Translations under genes and position numbers: made by a program
Notes under the pieces: generated by a model
Database searches by the model: none
The model's input: the letters and a program-made list of their open reading frames with translations, nothing else
Told to the model about the DNA's origin: nothing
Shown here: positions 1 through 8,408 of the stretch, piece after piece
Position numbering within the stretch: position 1 is the first letter of the stretch
Layout: every line of letters begins with the position of its first letter
Source of the DNA: an uncultured Candidatus Peribacteria bacterium
GTDB lineage: Bacteria; Patescibacteriota; Gracilibacteria; Peribacterales; Peribacteraceae
Assembly (NCBI GenBank): GCA_964365905.1
Contig: CAYIRQ010000001.1
Span: 1 to 39,692, forward strand
Length of the DNA: 39,692 bases
Direction of reading: 5' to 3'

Positions 1-223
1 CCAGTGTGTCGAATGTTTCCCTCGTTCCATCACTATCGAATTTCCCGAGGACTGCATATCGAAATTTCTCGTCGTTTGTCGGCGGATTGGACCCATACTG
101 CTGAACATCCTCCACAATGTTAAAATCTGGCATAGAAGTTGGCGCATCCTCCCACAGGCGTCGATGCTCGAAGTCTCCGAGATTGCCTTCCTCGCGCCCC
201 ATCCTGAAATGAATGTGCTTCAT
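1..223 (-). CDS. hypothetical protein, N-terminal part only (ORF runs off the left edge)
   Basis: Hand translation of the minus strand from ATG 223-221 gives MKHIHFRMGREEGNLGDFEHRRLWEDAPTSMPDFNIVEDVQQYGSNPPTNDEKFRYAVLGKFDSDGTRETFDTL..., with no stop before position 1. It is absent from the ORF track because it is open-ended. It starts 7 nt after the stop of ORF 230..574. No family recognised. Confidence 0.35.
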   Translation of the reverse strand, partial: MKHIHFRMGREEGNLGDFEHRRLWEDAPTSMPDFNIVEDVQQYGSNPPTNDEKFRYAVLGKFDSDGTRETFDTL

Positions 224-229
224 GGCGCT

Positions 230-574
230 TTATGCATGGTCAATTTCCTGTTCGAGGGCGGAGAGGACACCCGCTTCCTCGATGCCGATGCGCTCTTTGA
301 GGGATGCGAAGGCGGCATCCTTGAGTGTATGGAACGCAACCCTTGAACGCTCCAGGAATGTTTCCCAGAGGCGGATGTACTCCTCGAATGCCTCCCGGTA
401 TCGCGCACCTCTCTGCTTCGCTTCTTCCGGCGTTTCATTTTCATAGATATCTCTGAGAAGCGGGAGATTCCGGGTCGTGAGCTCCTGCTCGATCTCTCCC
501 ATGAGGATGTCATAGAGGACGGCGGGATTCGCGGGCTCAGCCTGCTTTGTTTGTGTCTTTTTCTTCGCGGGCAT
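230..574 (-). CDS. hypothetical protein (acidic, helical)
   Basis: 114-aa ORF with protein-like composition (…LYDILMGEIEQELTTRNLPLLRDIYENETPEEAKQRGARYREAFEEYIRLWETF…). It is tightly spaced with the next minus-strand ORF. No family recognised. Confidence 0.5.
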   Translation of the reverse strand: MPAKKKTQTKQAEPANPAVLYDILMGEIEQELTTRNLPLLRDIYENETPEEAKQRGARYREAFEEYIRLWETFLERSRVAFHTLKDAAFASLKERIGIEEAGVLSALEQEIDHA

Positions 575-639
575 ATCGTCTCATTCTAGCAGAGTTTCAC
601 CTTTTTCGCCATATCGCATAAGCCTCTTTTCTCTCCCTC

Positions 640-930
640 TCAGGTATCGCTTGGCACGGGCATTCCGACGTGCCCACGAATCTTGATCGTATCCAGGATC
701 GTTGCAGTGAGGTCTTCCTCGAGTGCGTCGATGCGCTGCGTGAGTGCATGGACCGCTTTCGTGTTTGTCTCGATCTTGGCAGAAAGTCGCTGTTCCACAG
801 AGACTATCTCCTTTGCTGTTGCCCCGATCTCGCCGGAGAGCCGCTGCTCCATCGCGGACATGTGGTTCACGACGTCCCGGAGCGTGATATCGGGCGCTTT
901 CTTCTTCTGCCGCTTGTTTTTCATGAGCAT
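640..930 (-). CDS. hypothetical coiled-coil protein
   Basis: The ORF 640..969 begins with TTG only 12 nt from tRNA-Lys. I prefer the internal ATG at 930 (MLMKNKRQKKK…). Heptad-like sequence follows (…MSAMEQRLSGEIGATAKEIVSVEQRLSAKIETNTKAVHALTQRIDALEEDL…). No family recognised. Confidence 0.45.
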   Translation of the reverse strand: MLMKNKRQKKKAPDITLRDVVNHMSAMEQRLSGEIGATAKEIVSVEQRLSAKIETNTKAVHALTQRIDALEEDLTATILDTIKIRGHVGMPVPSDT

Positions 931-981
931 AGGGAAGGGGAGCGTACGCCGTCTCTCGCTCGCGTGCAATGGAAGCCTGTG

Positions 982-1057
982 TGGTGGGTCGGGCGGGGAT
1001 TGAACCCGCGACCAATGGCTTAAAAGGCCACTGCTCTACCGACTGAGCTACCGACCC
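982..1057 (-). tRNA. tRNA-Lys (anticodon UUU), CCA encoded
   Basis: The reverse complement reads GGGTCGG-T-AGCTCAGTCGGTAGAGC-A-GTGGC-CTTTTAA-GCCAT-TGGTC-GCGGGTTCAATCCCCGC-CCGACCC-A-CCA. This gives a 7-bp acceptor stem, D and T arms, and an anticodon loop CT-TTT-AA. Confidence 0.9.
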
Positions 1058-1220
1058 ATTTCCCACGAAAGACAAACCTTCGGTTTTTCTTTCGTGGGCT
1101 ATCTTTTCCTTAGAAGAGTCGCTCAGCGCCGGGGCCCGCGAGACCCGTCGCTTCGCGAATCATTTTGTAAAGAGCATCCCTTCGACTTTATAAGTATACG
1201 CCAACTTAACTTTTTTTGTT

Positions 1221-1754
1221 TCACTCCAACCGAAACCCGATCTTTCCCTTCTTCTCCGGCTCCACCGGAGTCATCAGTTGCCGAATCGCTTCGAAGACGA
1301 CCGCGAACTGCTCATCATATTTCTCCTCGAGTTCTGCAAGTTTCCGGGCGAGATCTTTGTGAGTTGCAAGAATTTCACGGAGACGGACGAAAGTCCTTAC
1401 AACTTGAATGCTGACTGCAACAGCCCGGGGACTACTCAGAACATTTGCAGCCATGACAGCACCATGTTCTGTGAATACCAAGGGTAGTTTACGGCGCCCT
1501 CCCCATTTCAATCTTGATGTCGCAAAATGCGATATCAAGTTATCAAACTCGTTCTTATTCAGACGGAAGACAAAATCTTCAGGAAAACGACTTCTGTTTC
1601 GCTTTACCTGTTCATTCAAACGAGCAGTTGTCACACCGTACAGTTCCGCCAAATCGCTGTCCAGAATCACTTTCTGTCCCCGGATGAGCAGGATGGATTG
1701 CTCAATACGTTCAGCAGGGATGAGGGAGCGATTTTTCGTCATCTGATATTCCAA
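1221..1754 (-). CDS. ORF6N (KilA-N-related) domain protein
   Basis: The N-terminus IRGQKVILDSDLAELYGVTTARLNEQVKRNRSRFPEDFVFRLNKNEF matches the ORF6N signature as I remember it (iRGqkVmLDsDLAelYgv…L…VkRN..RFP.dFmF.L). The C-terminal half is a coiled coil. Confidence 0.85.
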   Translation of the reverse strand: MEYQMTKNRSLIPAERIEQSILLIRGQKVILDSDLAELYGVTTARLNEQVKRNRSRFPEDFVFRLNKNEFDNLISHFATSRLKWGGRRKLPLVFTEHGAVMAANVLSSPRAVAVSIQVVRTFVRLREILATHKDLARKLAELEEKYDEQFAVVFEAIRQLMTPVEPEKKGKIGFRLE

Positions 1755-1805
1755 TGTGGAATCTCAAACACAAGGTCACAGATTGTGACCTTGAAGCATG
1801 CACAT

Positions 1806-2756
1806 TCACTCCCTCCACGTCACCGCCGCTCCCAGTGTGGTGCCGAAGCCAAGAAGCAGCAGAAGGTTCATGGCGGTGATCGGTGCTCCTGTCTTTGGGA
1901 GAGATCCGATGATGGCGACCTGCGTGCGTGCGGAGCGCTCGCGGAGCGGCACGCCGGCGATCGCGCGACCGGAGACCGTGGCGACAACGGTCGTCTGCCC
2001 CGAGACCGCTTTGCCATTCCCGACGCGCATGGTGAAACTGCGCTCCCATGTGCCTTGCGGCTCGAGAATCGTGACTGTCCACATCACCTGATTGCCGCTC
2101 TGATAGCCGCCAAAGAGATCGATCGGAGAGAGCCGGTCGGGATCGAAGCGAACGATCACGGGAAGGTCGCGAAGCATGCGATCCGTCTGATTTTGCAAGC
2201 GCACTTCGAAGCGCGCTTCGCCTCCGGCGGTAATTTCCGGTGTCTGTGTGACGAGCGAAAATGTGACGAGTCGCTCCGTGCGTCGGGGGAGAGGAGGTCG
2301 CGCGCGGGGGAGGGTTCCTTCGAATTCGGGTTCGGGTTGGGGTTCGGGTCTGGGCGTTGGCCTCGGGATCACGACCGCTGATTCCGCGCAGGGAAAGTGC
2401 TTCACGAACTCGATGCTGCGTCCTTCTTCCAGAGTGCGACGCATCGGGAGAACCGGCCGACATCCTTCGGGCGCGATGAACGTCACGCGATATTCTCCTT
2501 CCGGCTGATCATGTGCGATATACGGAGTCGTGACTTCAAGCGTCGTTGCTCCGCTTCCAAATTCATAATACAAAAACGCCCGCAGTCCAGAGGGTTGCGT
2601 TTCGATGCTCACCGAACCTCCCGTGAGCGCCTGCACTCTCTCAAGATGACCGTTCCTGAGCGGCGGAAGAACGAGCACGGCACCGAAGGTGACGGCGAGA
2701 ATGTAGAGCCCGATACGGGGAAGAGACATAGGGAGCACGAGGGAAAAGGAATGCAT
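1806..2756 (-). CDS. LPXTG-anchored cell-surface protein (PEGA-like and DUF11/CARDB-like regions, tentative)
   Basis: The C-terminus …IIGSLPKTGAPITAMNLLLLLGFGTTLGAAVTWRE has LPKTG, a hydrophobic stretch and a charged tail, which is a sortase sorting signal. The signal/TM segment MHSFSLVLPMSLPRIGLYILAVTFGAVLVLPP follows the internal ATG at 2756. The longest ORF extends to 2813. Confidence 0.7.
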   Translation of the reverse strand: MHSFSLVLPMSLPRIGLYILAVTFGAVLVLPPLRNGHLERVQALTGGSVSIETQPSGLRAFLYYEFGSGATTLEVTTPYIAHDQPEGEYRVTFIAPEGCRPVLPMRRTLEEGRSIEFVKHFPCAESAVVIPRPTPRPEPQPEPEFEGTLPRARPPLPRRTERLVTFSLVTQTPEITAGGEARFEVRLQNQTDRMLRDLPVIVRFDPDRLSPIDLFGGYQSGNQVMWTVTILEPQGTWERSFTMRVGNGKAVSGQTTVVATVSGRAIAGVPLRERSARTQVAIIGSLPKTGAPITAMNLLLLLGFGTTLGAAVTWRE

Positions 2757-2835
2757 GAAATCATCTTGGCCATATCTTGTCAAGCGGTAGCACGGCCATC
2801 TTGGCCGTGTCATACCACCTGCGCCACTCCTATTT

Positions 2836-3636
2836 TCAATCCCTCCTCTTCAGCGGCTTCGACGTAGCTTCCTGATTGTGGCAGTGCTCCGGATCATTCG
2901 AGCTCATCACCCTGCGACCAGTCGTTGCGAGACGGGCGGGAATGGCGCCGGTCTTGCGCGCCGTGAGTCGCTGTGCGAGCTTCGTGCGCATGCTCATGAG
3001 GCTCGCGGATTGCGTCGCAGTTCTCTCTACTGCAGTTCCGAGAAGCGCGCACACGGGAGAAAATTCAAACGCGATACGTCCGCCTTCGAGGAGTTCCTTT
3101 GAAAGTTTCGGTGGCGCGGCGCATCCTCTCGGAAGGATGTATTGCACGGAGTAGGATCCTTCGGGAAGACCTTTTTTTGTGAAGGGAGTCTTTCCTTTGA
3201 TGACATCCCATGGCGTCTTGAGTTCAAAAGGAAGTCCTGCGGGGGAACTATGGACGCTGACAGCGTCGCCAAGCCGTGTGTAATCATAATCCACGGAAAA
3301 GGTGAGCGTCCCTCCTGCAGGAAGCACTCCCGAAGCTGTTCTTCCATTGATTATTTTCACGTCGCTTCCGCTCGTCACCGTGATCACGGCTTCCGCACCC
3401 GCTGGAGGAGTCACGATGAGAGCATAGGGCCCTGCCGGTCGTTCCGAGGAAAAGGTCTCAAACTTCCCCTGGGTGATGATTCCTCCCCCAGCGGTGAGGG
3501 TCCAACTCCCAAGATGCAGATGCTCCATTTGTTTGACTTCGACAACCCCCGTTCCTTCTTCCGCTCTCGCAACGGGCATCGCAGAGAAAGAAACGGCGAG
3601 AAGAAACGATGGGACAACAAGGATGCGTGAAACCAT
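2836..3636 (-). CDS. secreted protein, paralog of the N-terminal part of 1806..2756 (PEGA-like, tentative)
   Basis: The internal start at 3636 gives the signal peptide MVSRILVVPSFLLAVSFSAMPVARA|EEG. The longest-ORF start at 3693 would overlap the divergent pgk start. It shares LPEGSYSVQYILPRGC…LLEGGRIAFEFSPVC with QPEGEYRVTFIAPEGC…LEEGRSIEFVKHFPC of the neighbouring gene. Confidence 0.6.
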   Translation of the reverse strand: MVSRILVVPSFLLAVSFSAMPVARAEEGTGVVEVKQMEHLHLGSWTLTAGGGIITQGKFETFSSERPAGPYALIVTPPAGAEAVITVTSGSDVKIINGRTASGVLPAGGTLTFSVDYDYTRLGDAVSVHSSPAGLPFELKTPWDVIKGKTPFTKKGLPEGSYSVQYILPRGCAAPPKLSKELLEGGRIAFEFSPVCALLGTAVERTATQSASLMSMRTKLAQRLTARKTGAIPARLATTGRRVMSSNDPEHCHNQEATSKPLKRRD

Positions 3637-3686
3637 AAAAAAAAGATGGAAAGCGTATATGACAATATAATCACGATCTTCCATTT

Positions 3687-4949
3687 GTGTCAATGCCGTA
3701 CAATGCGCTCATGACACTGCGGAATATTCACCGGGAGAAAAATCTGCGGGGAAAACGAGTGCTCGTGCGCGCGGATCATAACGTGGAACTTGAGGCGAGG
3801 GGAGGGCTGAAAGACGATCGCAAGCTCAGGATCACGCTCCCGACGATCGATTTTCTCCTCGAGTCCGGCGCGAAAGTGATTCTCATGACGCACATCGGCC
3901 GACCGAAGGGAAACGTGATCGAAGAACTTCGCGTGACGACGGTTGCGAAGCATCTGCAAAAACTCCTGAAACATTGCAAGGGCATGCATGTCGCCCGCGA
4001 GACCGTGGGGCCATCCGTTCAGGCACAGCTCGAGAAATTGAAGGACAGCGAGATTCTCTACCTCGAGAATGTGCGTTTTCAGCCTGCGGAAGAAAAGAAT
4101 GATCCCGCATTCATCAAGGCACTTGCATCACTCGGGGAGATCTACGTGAACGAAGCATTCCCGTCGATTCATACGTATGAAGAAGCGAGTACGTGCGGCG
4201 TTGCGCGATTGCTTCCCGCGTTTGCAGGATTTCAGCTCGAGCACGAGATTGATGCGCTTGCGGGAGTGACAGAGGACCCGCGACGCCCGCTCCTCCTCAT
4301 CATCAGCGGTGCGAAAATGGAGACGAAGATCCCGGTTATTCGGCGGTTCCTCACGACCGCGGATCATATTCTCCTCGGCGGATGCATCGCGAACACGTTC
4401 GTTGCTGCGCGGGGATTCGATGTCGGCGCTTCGCGGTATGGACAGAAGGAAGTGGAATTCGCGCAGGAGATCATGCTCGAGAGTGAGAAAGAGGGGATGG
4501 CCAAGGTGCAGGTTCCGTGGGATGTCGTTGTTGCATCGGAAGCAGCGGAAACGGCAACCAAATTGGATCTGCCGGTCGAGGATGTATCCGGGGACATGAG
4601 CATCTTCGACATCGGGAAAGTGACGATCGAGCGCTATCGGAAGTTGATTGAGCAAGCGGGAACAATTATCTGGAATGGCCCTGTCGGATACTACGAACTC
4701 AATCGTTTCTCCCATGGAACGAAGCGGATTGCGGAAGCGCTCGCCACTGCGACGAAGCATGGAGCGCGCACGATCGTCGGAGGAGGGGACACCCTCGATT
4801 TTCATACCCGTTACGAATACCCGCTCGATGTCTACTCCTTCGTGAGCACGGGTGGGGGAGCGATGCTGGAATTTCTTGCAAGCGAGAAACCGCTTCCGGC
4901 GCTCGTGCCGTTGCTTGCGAAAAGCGAACGACAGGCCGTCGTTGTGTAA
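3687..4949 (+). CDS. pgk: phosphoglycerate kinase
   Basis: 420 aa. Motifs include GKRVLVRADHNVEL, ISGAKMETKIPVI, WNGPVGYYE and GGGDT. Length and motif order are typical for PGK. The start could alternatively be the ATG at 3711. Confidence 0.95.
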   Translation: MSMPYNALMTLRNIHREKNLRGKRVLVRADHNVELEARGGLKDDRKLRITLPTIDFLLESGAKVILMTHIGRPKGNVIEELRVTTVAKHLQKLLKHCKGMHVARETVGPSVQAQLEKLKDSEILYLENVRFQPAEEKNDPAFIKALASLGEIYVNEAFPSIHTYEEASTCGVARLLPAFAGFQLEHEIDALAGVTEDPRRPLLLIISGAKMETKIPVIRRFLTTADHILLGGCIANTFVAARGFDVGASRYGQKEVEFAQEIMLESEKEGMAKVQVPWDVVVASEAAETATKLDLPVEDVSGDMSIFDIGKVTIERYRKLIEQAGTIIWNGPVGYYELNRFSHGTKRIAEALATATKHGARTIVGGGDTLDFHTRYEYPLDVYSFVSTGGGAMLEFLASEKPLPALVPLLAKSERQAVVV

Positions 4950-4983
4950 TTCCAAAGACAATAGAACAATGTACCATTGAGTC

Positions 4984-6276
4984 GTGCCTTCACAAGCGCC
5001 AACGATCCGCTCATGGGTTTCTCTTGTTTGGAGCAGGCTTCGGAGCCTCTCCGCGCACCGCCTGAGCGTGTGGCTCCTTCTCGCTGCGAGTGCCGGGCTC
5101 TTCGGAACAGTTATCATCGTCGCACTCCCTTCCGCGCGCATTCGTGTGTGGCCGAGGGTTACGCTCGTGAGTCACACGGCGAATGTTCTTCTCGTGGTGT
5201 CGGGCTCGACCATTCCCGTGAATCGTCAGCATGTCCTTCCACTGCTGCCTCTCACGGCATCCATTCAACGATCGCTCACCTTCGATGAAATCAGCAAAAA
5301 CTTTCTCGGGGAAAACGCAGAAGTCACGATGACGATCATTAATGAAAGCAAAGAGTCGTACGATCTGCGTGGAGGAACGAGACTCGTGAATCAGGCGGGA
5401 ATGATTTTCCGCACACTGTCTCCGATCACTGCGCCGCCTGCATCTCTCACAGGGCCGGGGTTCGTTTCGGTACGCGCACGAGCCGAGCCAAAGGATCTCT
5501 ATTATGAGATCGTGGGGGAGCGCGGCAATGTCCCCCCGGGGCTCAAGTGGGAATTCCCCGGCCTCTCGCTCGAGGATCGGAAGGTGCTCTACGCACGTAA
5601 TCTGGAAGCAGCAACGGGCGGGGCCACGGTCTATGGAACTCTCCTGCGCGAAGAAGATTTGGAGCTCGCGAAACGCCAACTGGAGCAGGAACTTTTGAGA
5701 GCAGCGAAAGCGCGCATCGAGGAGGAGGTGGAGGCTCTCCAGGCAGCGACAGGCCATAACACTGTTGTCCTGCAGTATGACGTTCTCACGCGTGCCAGCT
5801 TCTCCGGCGTTGTTCTCCCCATGCATCTCGTGGGTACCTCCGTGACCTCGCTTCCGGTCGAGGGCGGACTGCGCTACACGGTCCTCGCCTATGACAAGGA
5901 CGCGCTCCTCGGATTTCTCCTCCCCGGCCTCGCGGATCACGTGGAGGATGGGTACGACCTCATCGAAGGGAGCGTGCAGCGGGAGAGCATCTCCGTGAAC
6001 GTCATCGAGTACGACGACAATCTCCAGTGGGTGAAAATCACCGCGGAACTCACGGGAAAGCAGCGTGCCGCACTCTCTGCGGCATCGATCGGAGGTCGCG
6101 CATTTGGCGAGAAGGTCCGCGAAGCGATCCGTGGCACGACCGTCAATGATGCCGAGCGCATTATCCAAAATTTCACGGAGGTAGATCATGTCGAAGTGTC
6201 GGTCTGGCCGCCGTGGCGGCGAAGCCTCCCATCGCTCCCCAGCAACATCGTCATACTTCCGCAGGTCGAACCCTGA
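4984..6276 (+). CDS. membrane-anchored hypothetical protein (possibly Baseplate_J-like fold, weak)
   Basis: 430-aa ORF with a GTG start. It has an N-terminal TM segment (LSVWLLLAASAGLFGTVIIVAL). The body (…GTRLVNQAGMIFRTLSPITAPPA…VSVRARAEPKDLYYEIVGERGNVPPGLKWEFPGL…NLEAATGG…) loosely recalls gp47/Baseplate_J proteins. This is unverified. Confidence 0.6.
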   Translation: MPSQAPTIRSWVSLVWSRLRSLSAHRLSVWLLLAASAGLFGTVIIVALPSARIRVWPRVTLVSHTANVLLVVSGSTIPVNRQHVLPLLPLTASIQRSLTFDEISKNFLGENAEVTMTIINESKESYDLRGGTRLVNQAGMIFRTLSPITAPPASLTGPGFVSVRARAEPKDLYYEIVGERGNVPPGLKWEFPGLSLEDRKVLYARNLEAATGGATVYGTLLREEDLELAKRQLEQELLRAAKARIEEEVEALQAATGHNTVVLQYDVLTRASFSGVVLPMHLVGTSVTSLPVEGGLRYTVLAYDKDALLGFLLPGLADHVEDGYDLIEGSVQRESISVNVIEYDDNLQWVKITAELTGKQRAALSAASIGGRAFGEKVREAIRGTTVNDAERIIQNFTEVDHVEVSVWPPWRRSLPSLPSNIVILPQVEP

Positions 6277-6281
6277 TTGTC

Positions 6282-6908
6282 ATGCTGAGCTCGACGAAGC
6301 ATCTCCGCGCCATCCTTCTCGGCCTCGTCTCGCTTCTCTTCGGCCTTTTCCTGGCCGCATTCCTCATCAGCGTGCTCTTTGTACTTTCAAAGTTCGAGGG
6401 AACGGCGCATGGGGAAATTCCAAAGGGTGAGAATGCCTGCGCGCTCGTCTTTGGATCTGCAATTAAGAAAACAGGGGAGCCGGGGCCTGCGATTGTGCGT
6501 CGTGTCGCCGCCGCAGTGGATCTTTATGAAGAGGGGAATGTGGGGACACTCATCATGAGTGGGGGGAGGGGAAAGGGGATTTCTATGAGTGAAGCAGCTG
6601 TGATGGGGAGTGTTGCGCGCGATGCGGGAGTTGAGGCAGGAGATATCGTGCTTGAGGAAAAGGCAACATCGACGCTCGAGAACATTAAATTTGCTCAGGG
6701 TGCCATACGGTCACAGTGTACGTTCGTCCTCGGTGTGAGCGATCGGTATCACCTCGCACGGATCGAACTCCTCGCATGGCGGCTTGACGTACCCCTGAGA
6801 ACATATTCCGCCGGCGGCCCAGAGAATCCGCTCCTCGAAATGAAAGATATCGTTCGCGAAGCGATGGCGATCGTGTATTACCTGCCGTTTCTGATTTGGA
6901 GTTTCTGA
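6282..6908 (+). CDS. YdcF/SanA-type DUF218 domain membrane protein
   Basis: An ATG at 6282 lies just after the upstream stop at 6276. An N-terminal TM segment is followed by ALVFGSAIKKTGEPGPAIVRRVAAAVDLYEEGNVGTLIMSGGRG…SEAAVM…A…GV…DIVLEEKATSTLENI…VSDRYHLARI, the DUF218 pattern. Confidence 0.8.
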   Translation: MLSSTKHLRAILLGLVSLLFGLFLAAFLISVLFVLSKFEGTAHGEIPKGENACALVFGSAIKKTGEPGPAIVRRVAAAVDLYEEGNVGTLIMSGGRGKGISMSEAAVMGSVARDAGVEAGDIVLEEKATSTLENIKFAQGAIRSQCTFVLGVSDRYHLARIELLAWRLDVPLRTYSAGGPENPLLEMKDIVREAMAIVYYLPFLIWSF

Positions 6909-6985
6909 ATCGTACAGTGTACAAATTGCCCCTATTTTATGATCTGTCGAGCGTTTATTCCTCACCTCTGTGGAAAAGGGAGATG

Positions 6986-7013
6986 TGTTAACATAAAATG
7001 CATTATGTTAACT
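6986..7013. other. dif-like Xer recombination site (11-6-11)
   Basis: The sequence is TGTTAACATAA-AATGCA-TTATGTTAACT. The arms are inverted repeats (10/11). The right arm matches the E. coli dif XerD arm TTATGTTAAAT (from memory) at 10/11, and the inner left arm CATAA is also shared. It lies 18 nt upstream of the xer ATG. Confidence 0.6.
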
Positions 7014-7031
7014 AATTAGTTTTCAACAGAT

Positions 7032-7961
7032 ATGTCTAAAACCTCTCCCCTCGCCCGTGCAGTTGATCGCTATCTCCTGCACCTCGAGTCCGAGCTCGGG
7101 AAATCGCCGCTCACGGTGAAGAACTATGCGCACCAGCTCAAAGACTTCCTTTCTGCCGTAACCATCTCCTCCCCTCTCAAAATAGATAAGAAGGTCGTGC
7201 AACTCTATAAACAGCATCTGCATCGGTTTGAGAACAGAGATGGCACGCAGCTCACCGTGCGCACGAGGAATCACCGTCTCACGGTCCTTCGAGCGTTCTT
7301 GCGGTATCTGATCCAGGAGGAAGAACTTGATGTCTACCCACCGGACCGTGTTCAACGCTTAAAAGAAGACCCTCGACAAGTAAAGGTTCTCTTTATCGAG
7401 GAGGTCGAGAGTCTTCTTGATTCACCAAACACAGGTACTCTTGCCGGAAAGCGGGACAAGGCTATCCTCGAGCTCTTTTTCAGTACAGGCCTTCGTCTTG
7501 CAGAACTCCGAAGCCTCAATCGGAAGGACCTCAACTTCACAACGAGGGAAATCAGTGTTCGCGGAAAGCGTGGGAAGATCCGACTCGTTTTTGTATCTGA
7601 TCGAGCCGCAGCGACTCTCAAGGACTACCTTCAAGGCCGCATTGATCATCTCTATCCCCTCTTCATCCGCAATCTCACGCGGACGCAGCATATTCTCCCG
7701 CCGGGGGAAGAATATCGTCTGTCCCGTATTAGCATTTACAAGATTGTGAAGAAATACGCGCTGAAAGCAGGGATTGTTTCGGATCCATCACCACATACTC
7801 TGCGTCATAGCTTTGCAACAGACTTATTGCGAAATGGAGCGGATTTGCGATCGGTGCAGGAATTGCTTGGACACAAAGACCTAAGTACAACACAGATATA
7901 TACTCACGTTACGAATCCCCAACTGAAGGAGGTACATAAGAAATTTCACAGGAAGATTTAA
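7032..7961 (+). CDS. tyrosine recombinase, XerC/XerD family
   Basis: 309 aa. It has an N-terminal SAM-like core-binding domain (…LSPLTVKNYAHQLKDFL…). The catalytic C-terminus reads …GLRLAELRSL… HTLRHSFATDLLRNGADLRSVQELLGHKDLSTTQIYTHV, carrying the R…HxxR…H…Y residues. Confidence 0.9.
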   Translation: MSKTSPLARAVDRYLLHLESELGKSPLTVKNYAHQLKDFLSAVTISSPLKIDKKVVQLYKQHLHRFENRDGTQLTVRTRNHRLTVLRAFLRYLIQEEELDVYPPDRVQRLKEDPRQVKVLFIEEVESLLDSPNTGTLAGKRDKAILELFFSTGLRLAELRSLNRKDLNFTTREISVRGKRGKIRLVFVSDRAAATLKDYLQGRIDHLYPLFIRNLTRTQHILPPGEEYRLSRISIYKIVKKYALKAGIVSDPSPHTLRHSFATDLLRNGADLRSVQELLGHKDLSTTQIYTHVTNPQLKEVHKKFHRKI

Positions 7962-7973
7962 CTTGCTAATTCT

Positions 7974-8408
7974 ATGGAAAAAGCTCGTCGCGGCATGATC
8001 GGCATATACCAATTGAAAAACGTGAAAACCGGAGAATGTTTCATTGGATCCTCTCCAAGCATTTGTAATCATTTCAAAAAACATTTAGGCAAACTTGCCC
8101 TTGGAGAGCATCCGAATACAAGTCTCCAGCAGCAATGGGACAGAGATGGAGCAGAAAGCTTTGAATTTGTATTTTTGGAGATCGCAGCGAATAAATATAC
8201 CCTTCGCGAGCGAGAGGATTATTGGCTGCAAAAGACTCAGGGAGTTCGGATTGGTGATGAGCATCAATATGCTCACGATTATGCTGATGGAGTCGGGAGA
8301 CTGACAATTTCGAAGGATTTGAAAGAGTCTCTGAAGCAGCTCGGTATTGGGAGTATGGATAACACTGCTCGTTCATTAATTCTTTTCTATAAACAGACTT
8401 CATTATGA
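7974..8408 (+). CDS. GIY-YIG nuclease domain protein (copy 1)
   Basis: GIYQLKNVKTGECFIGSS…HLGKL…REREDYWLQKT carries the GIY…(Y/F)IG…R…E signature of small GIY-YIG (homing-endonuclease-like) proteins. The region is AT-rich. The stop overlaps the next start (ATGA at 8405-8408). Confidence 0.8.
   Translation: MEKARRGMIGIYQLKNVKTGECFIGSSPSICNHFKKHLGKLALGEHPNTSLQQQWDRDGAESFEFVFLEIAANKYTLREREDYWLQKTQGVRIGDEHQYAHDYADGVGRLTISKDLKESLKQLGIGSMDNTARSLILFYKQTSL

Noticed and set aside
581-1075. 164-aa minus-strand ORF spanning tRNA-Lys. The same applies to 33017..33490, which spans both tRNA-Ser genes.
   Set aside because: They overlap well-formed tRNA genes with full cloverleaves and encoded CCA. The translations are arbitrary.
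1062-1098. Strong hairpin (CCCACGAAAGA…TCTTTCGTGGG, about 16 bp) considered as a rho-independent terminator.
   Set aside because: On the minus strand, where the genes are, it is followed by AAAT rather than a U-tract. The T-rich tail is on the + strand, where nothing is transcribed toward it. It may still be a processing or insulating hairpin before tRNA-Lys, but I cannot support a terminator call.
1527-2463. Overlapping 284-aa (+) and 250-aa (-) ORFs within the LPXTG gene region.
   Set aside because: They are arginine-rich alternative-frame artefacts. The 1806..2756 frame has a signal peptide and an LPXTG sorting signal.
4128-5141. 337-aa minus-strand ORF antisense to pgk. The same applies to 5011..6189 (392 aa), antisense to the 430-aa membrane protein.
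   Set aside because: These are Arg/Ser/His-rich low-complexity translations with no motifs. They lie opposite genes with clear family signatures and are typical shadow ORFs in GC-rich coding DNA.
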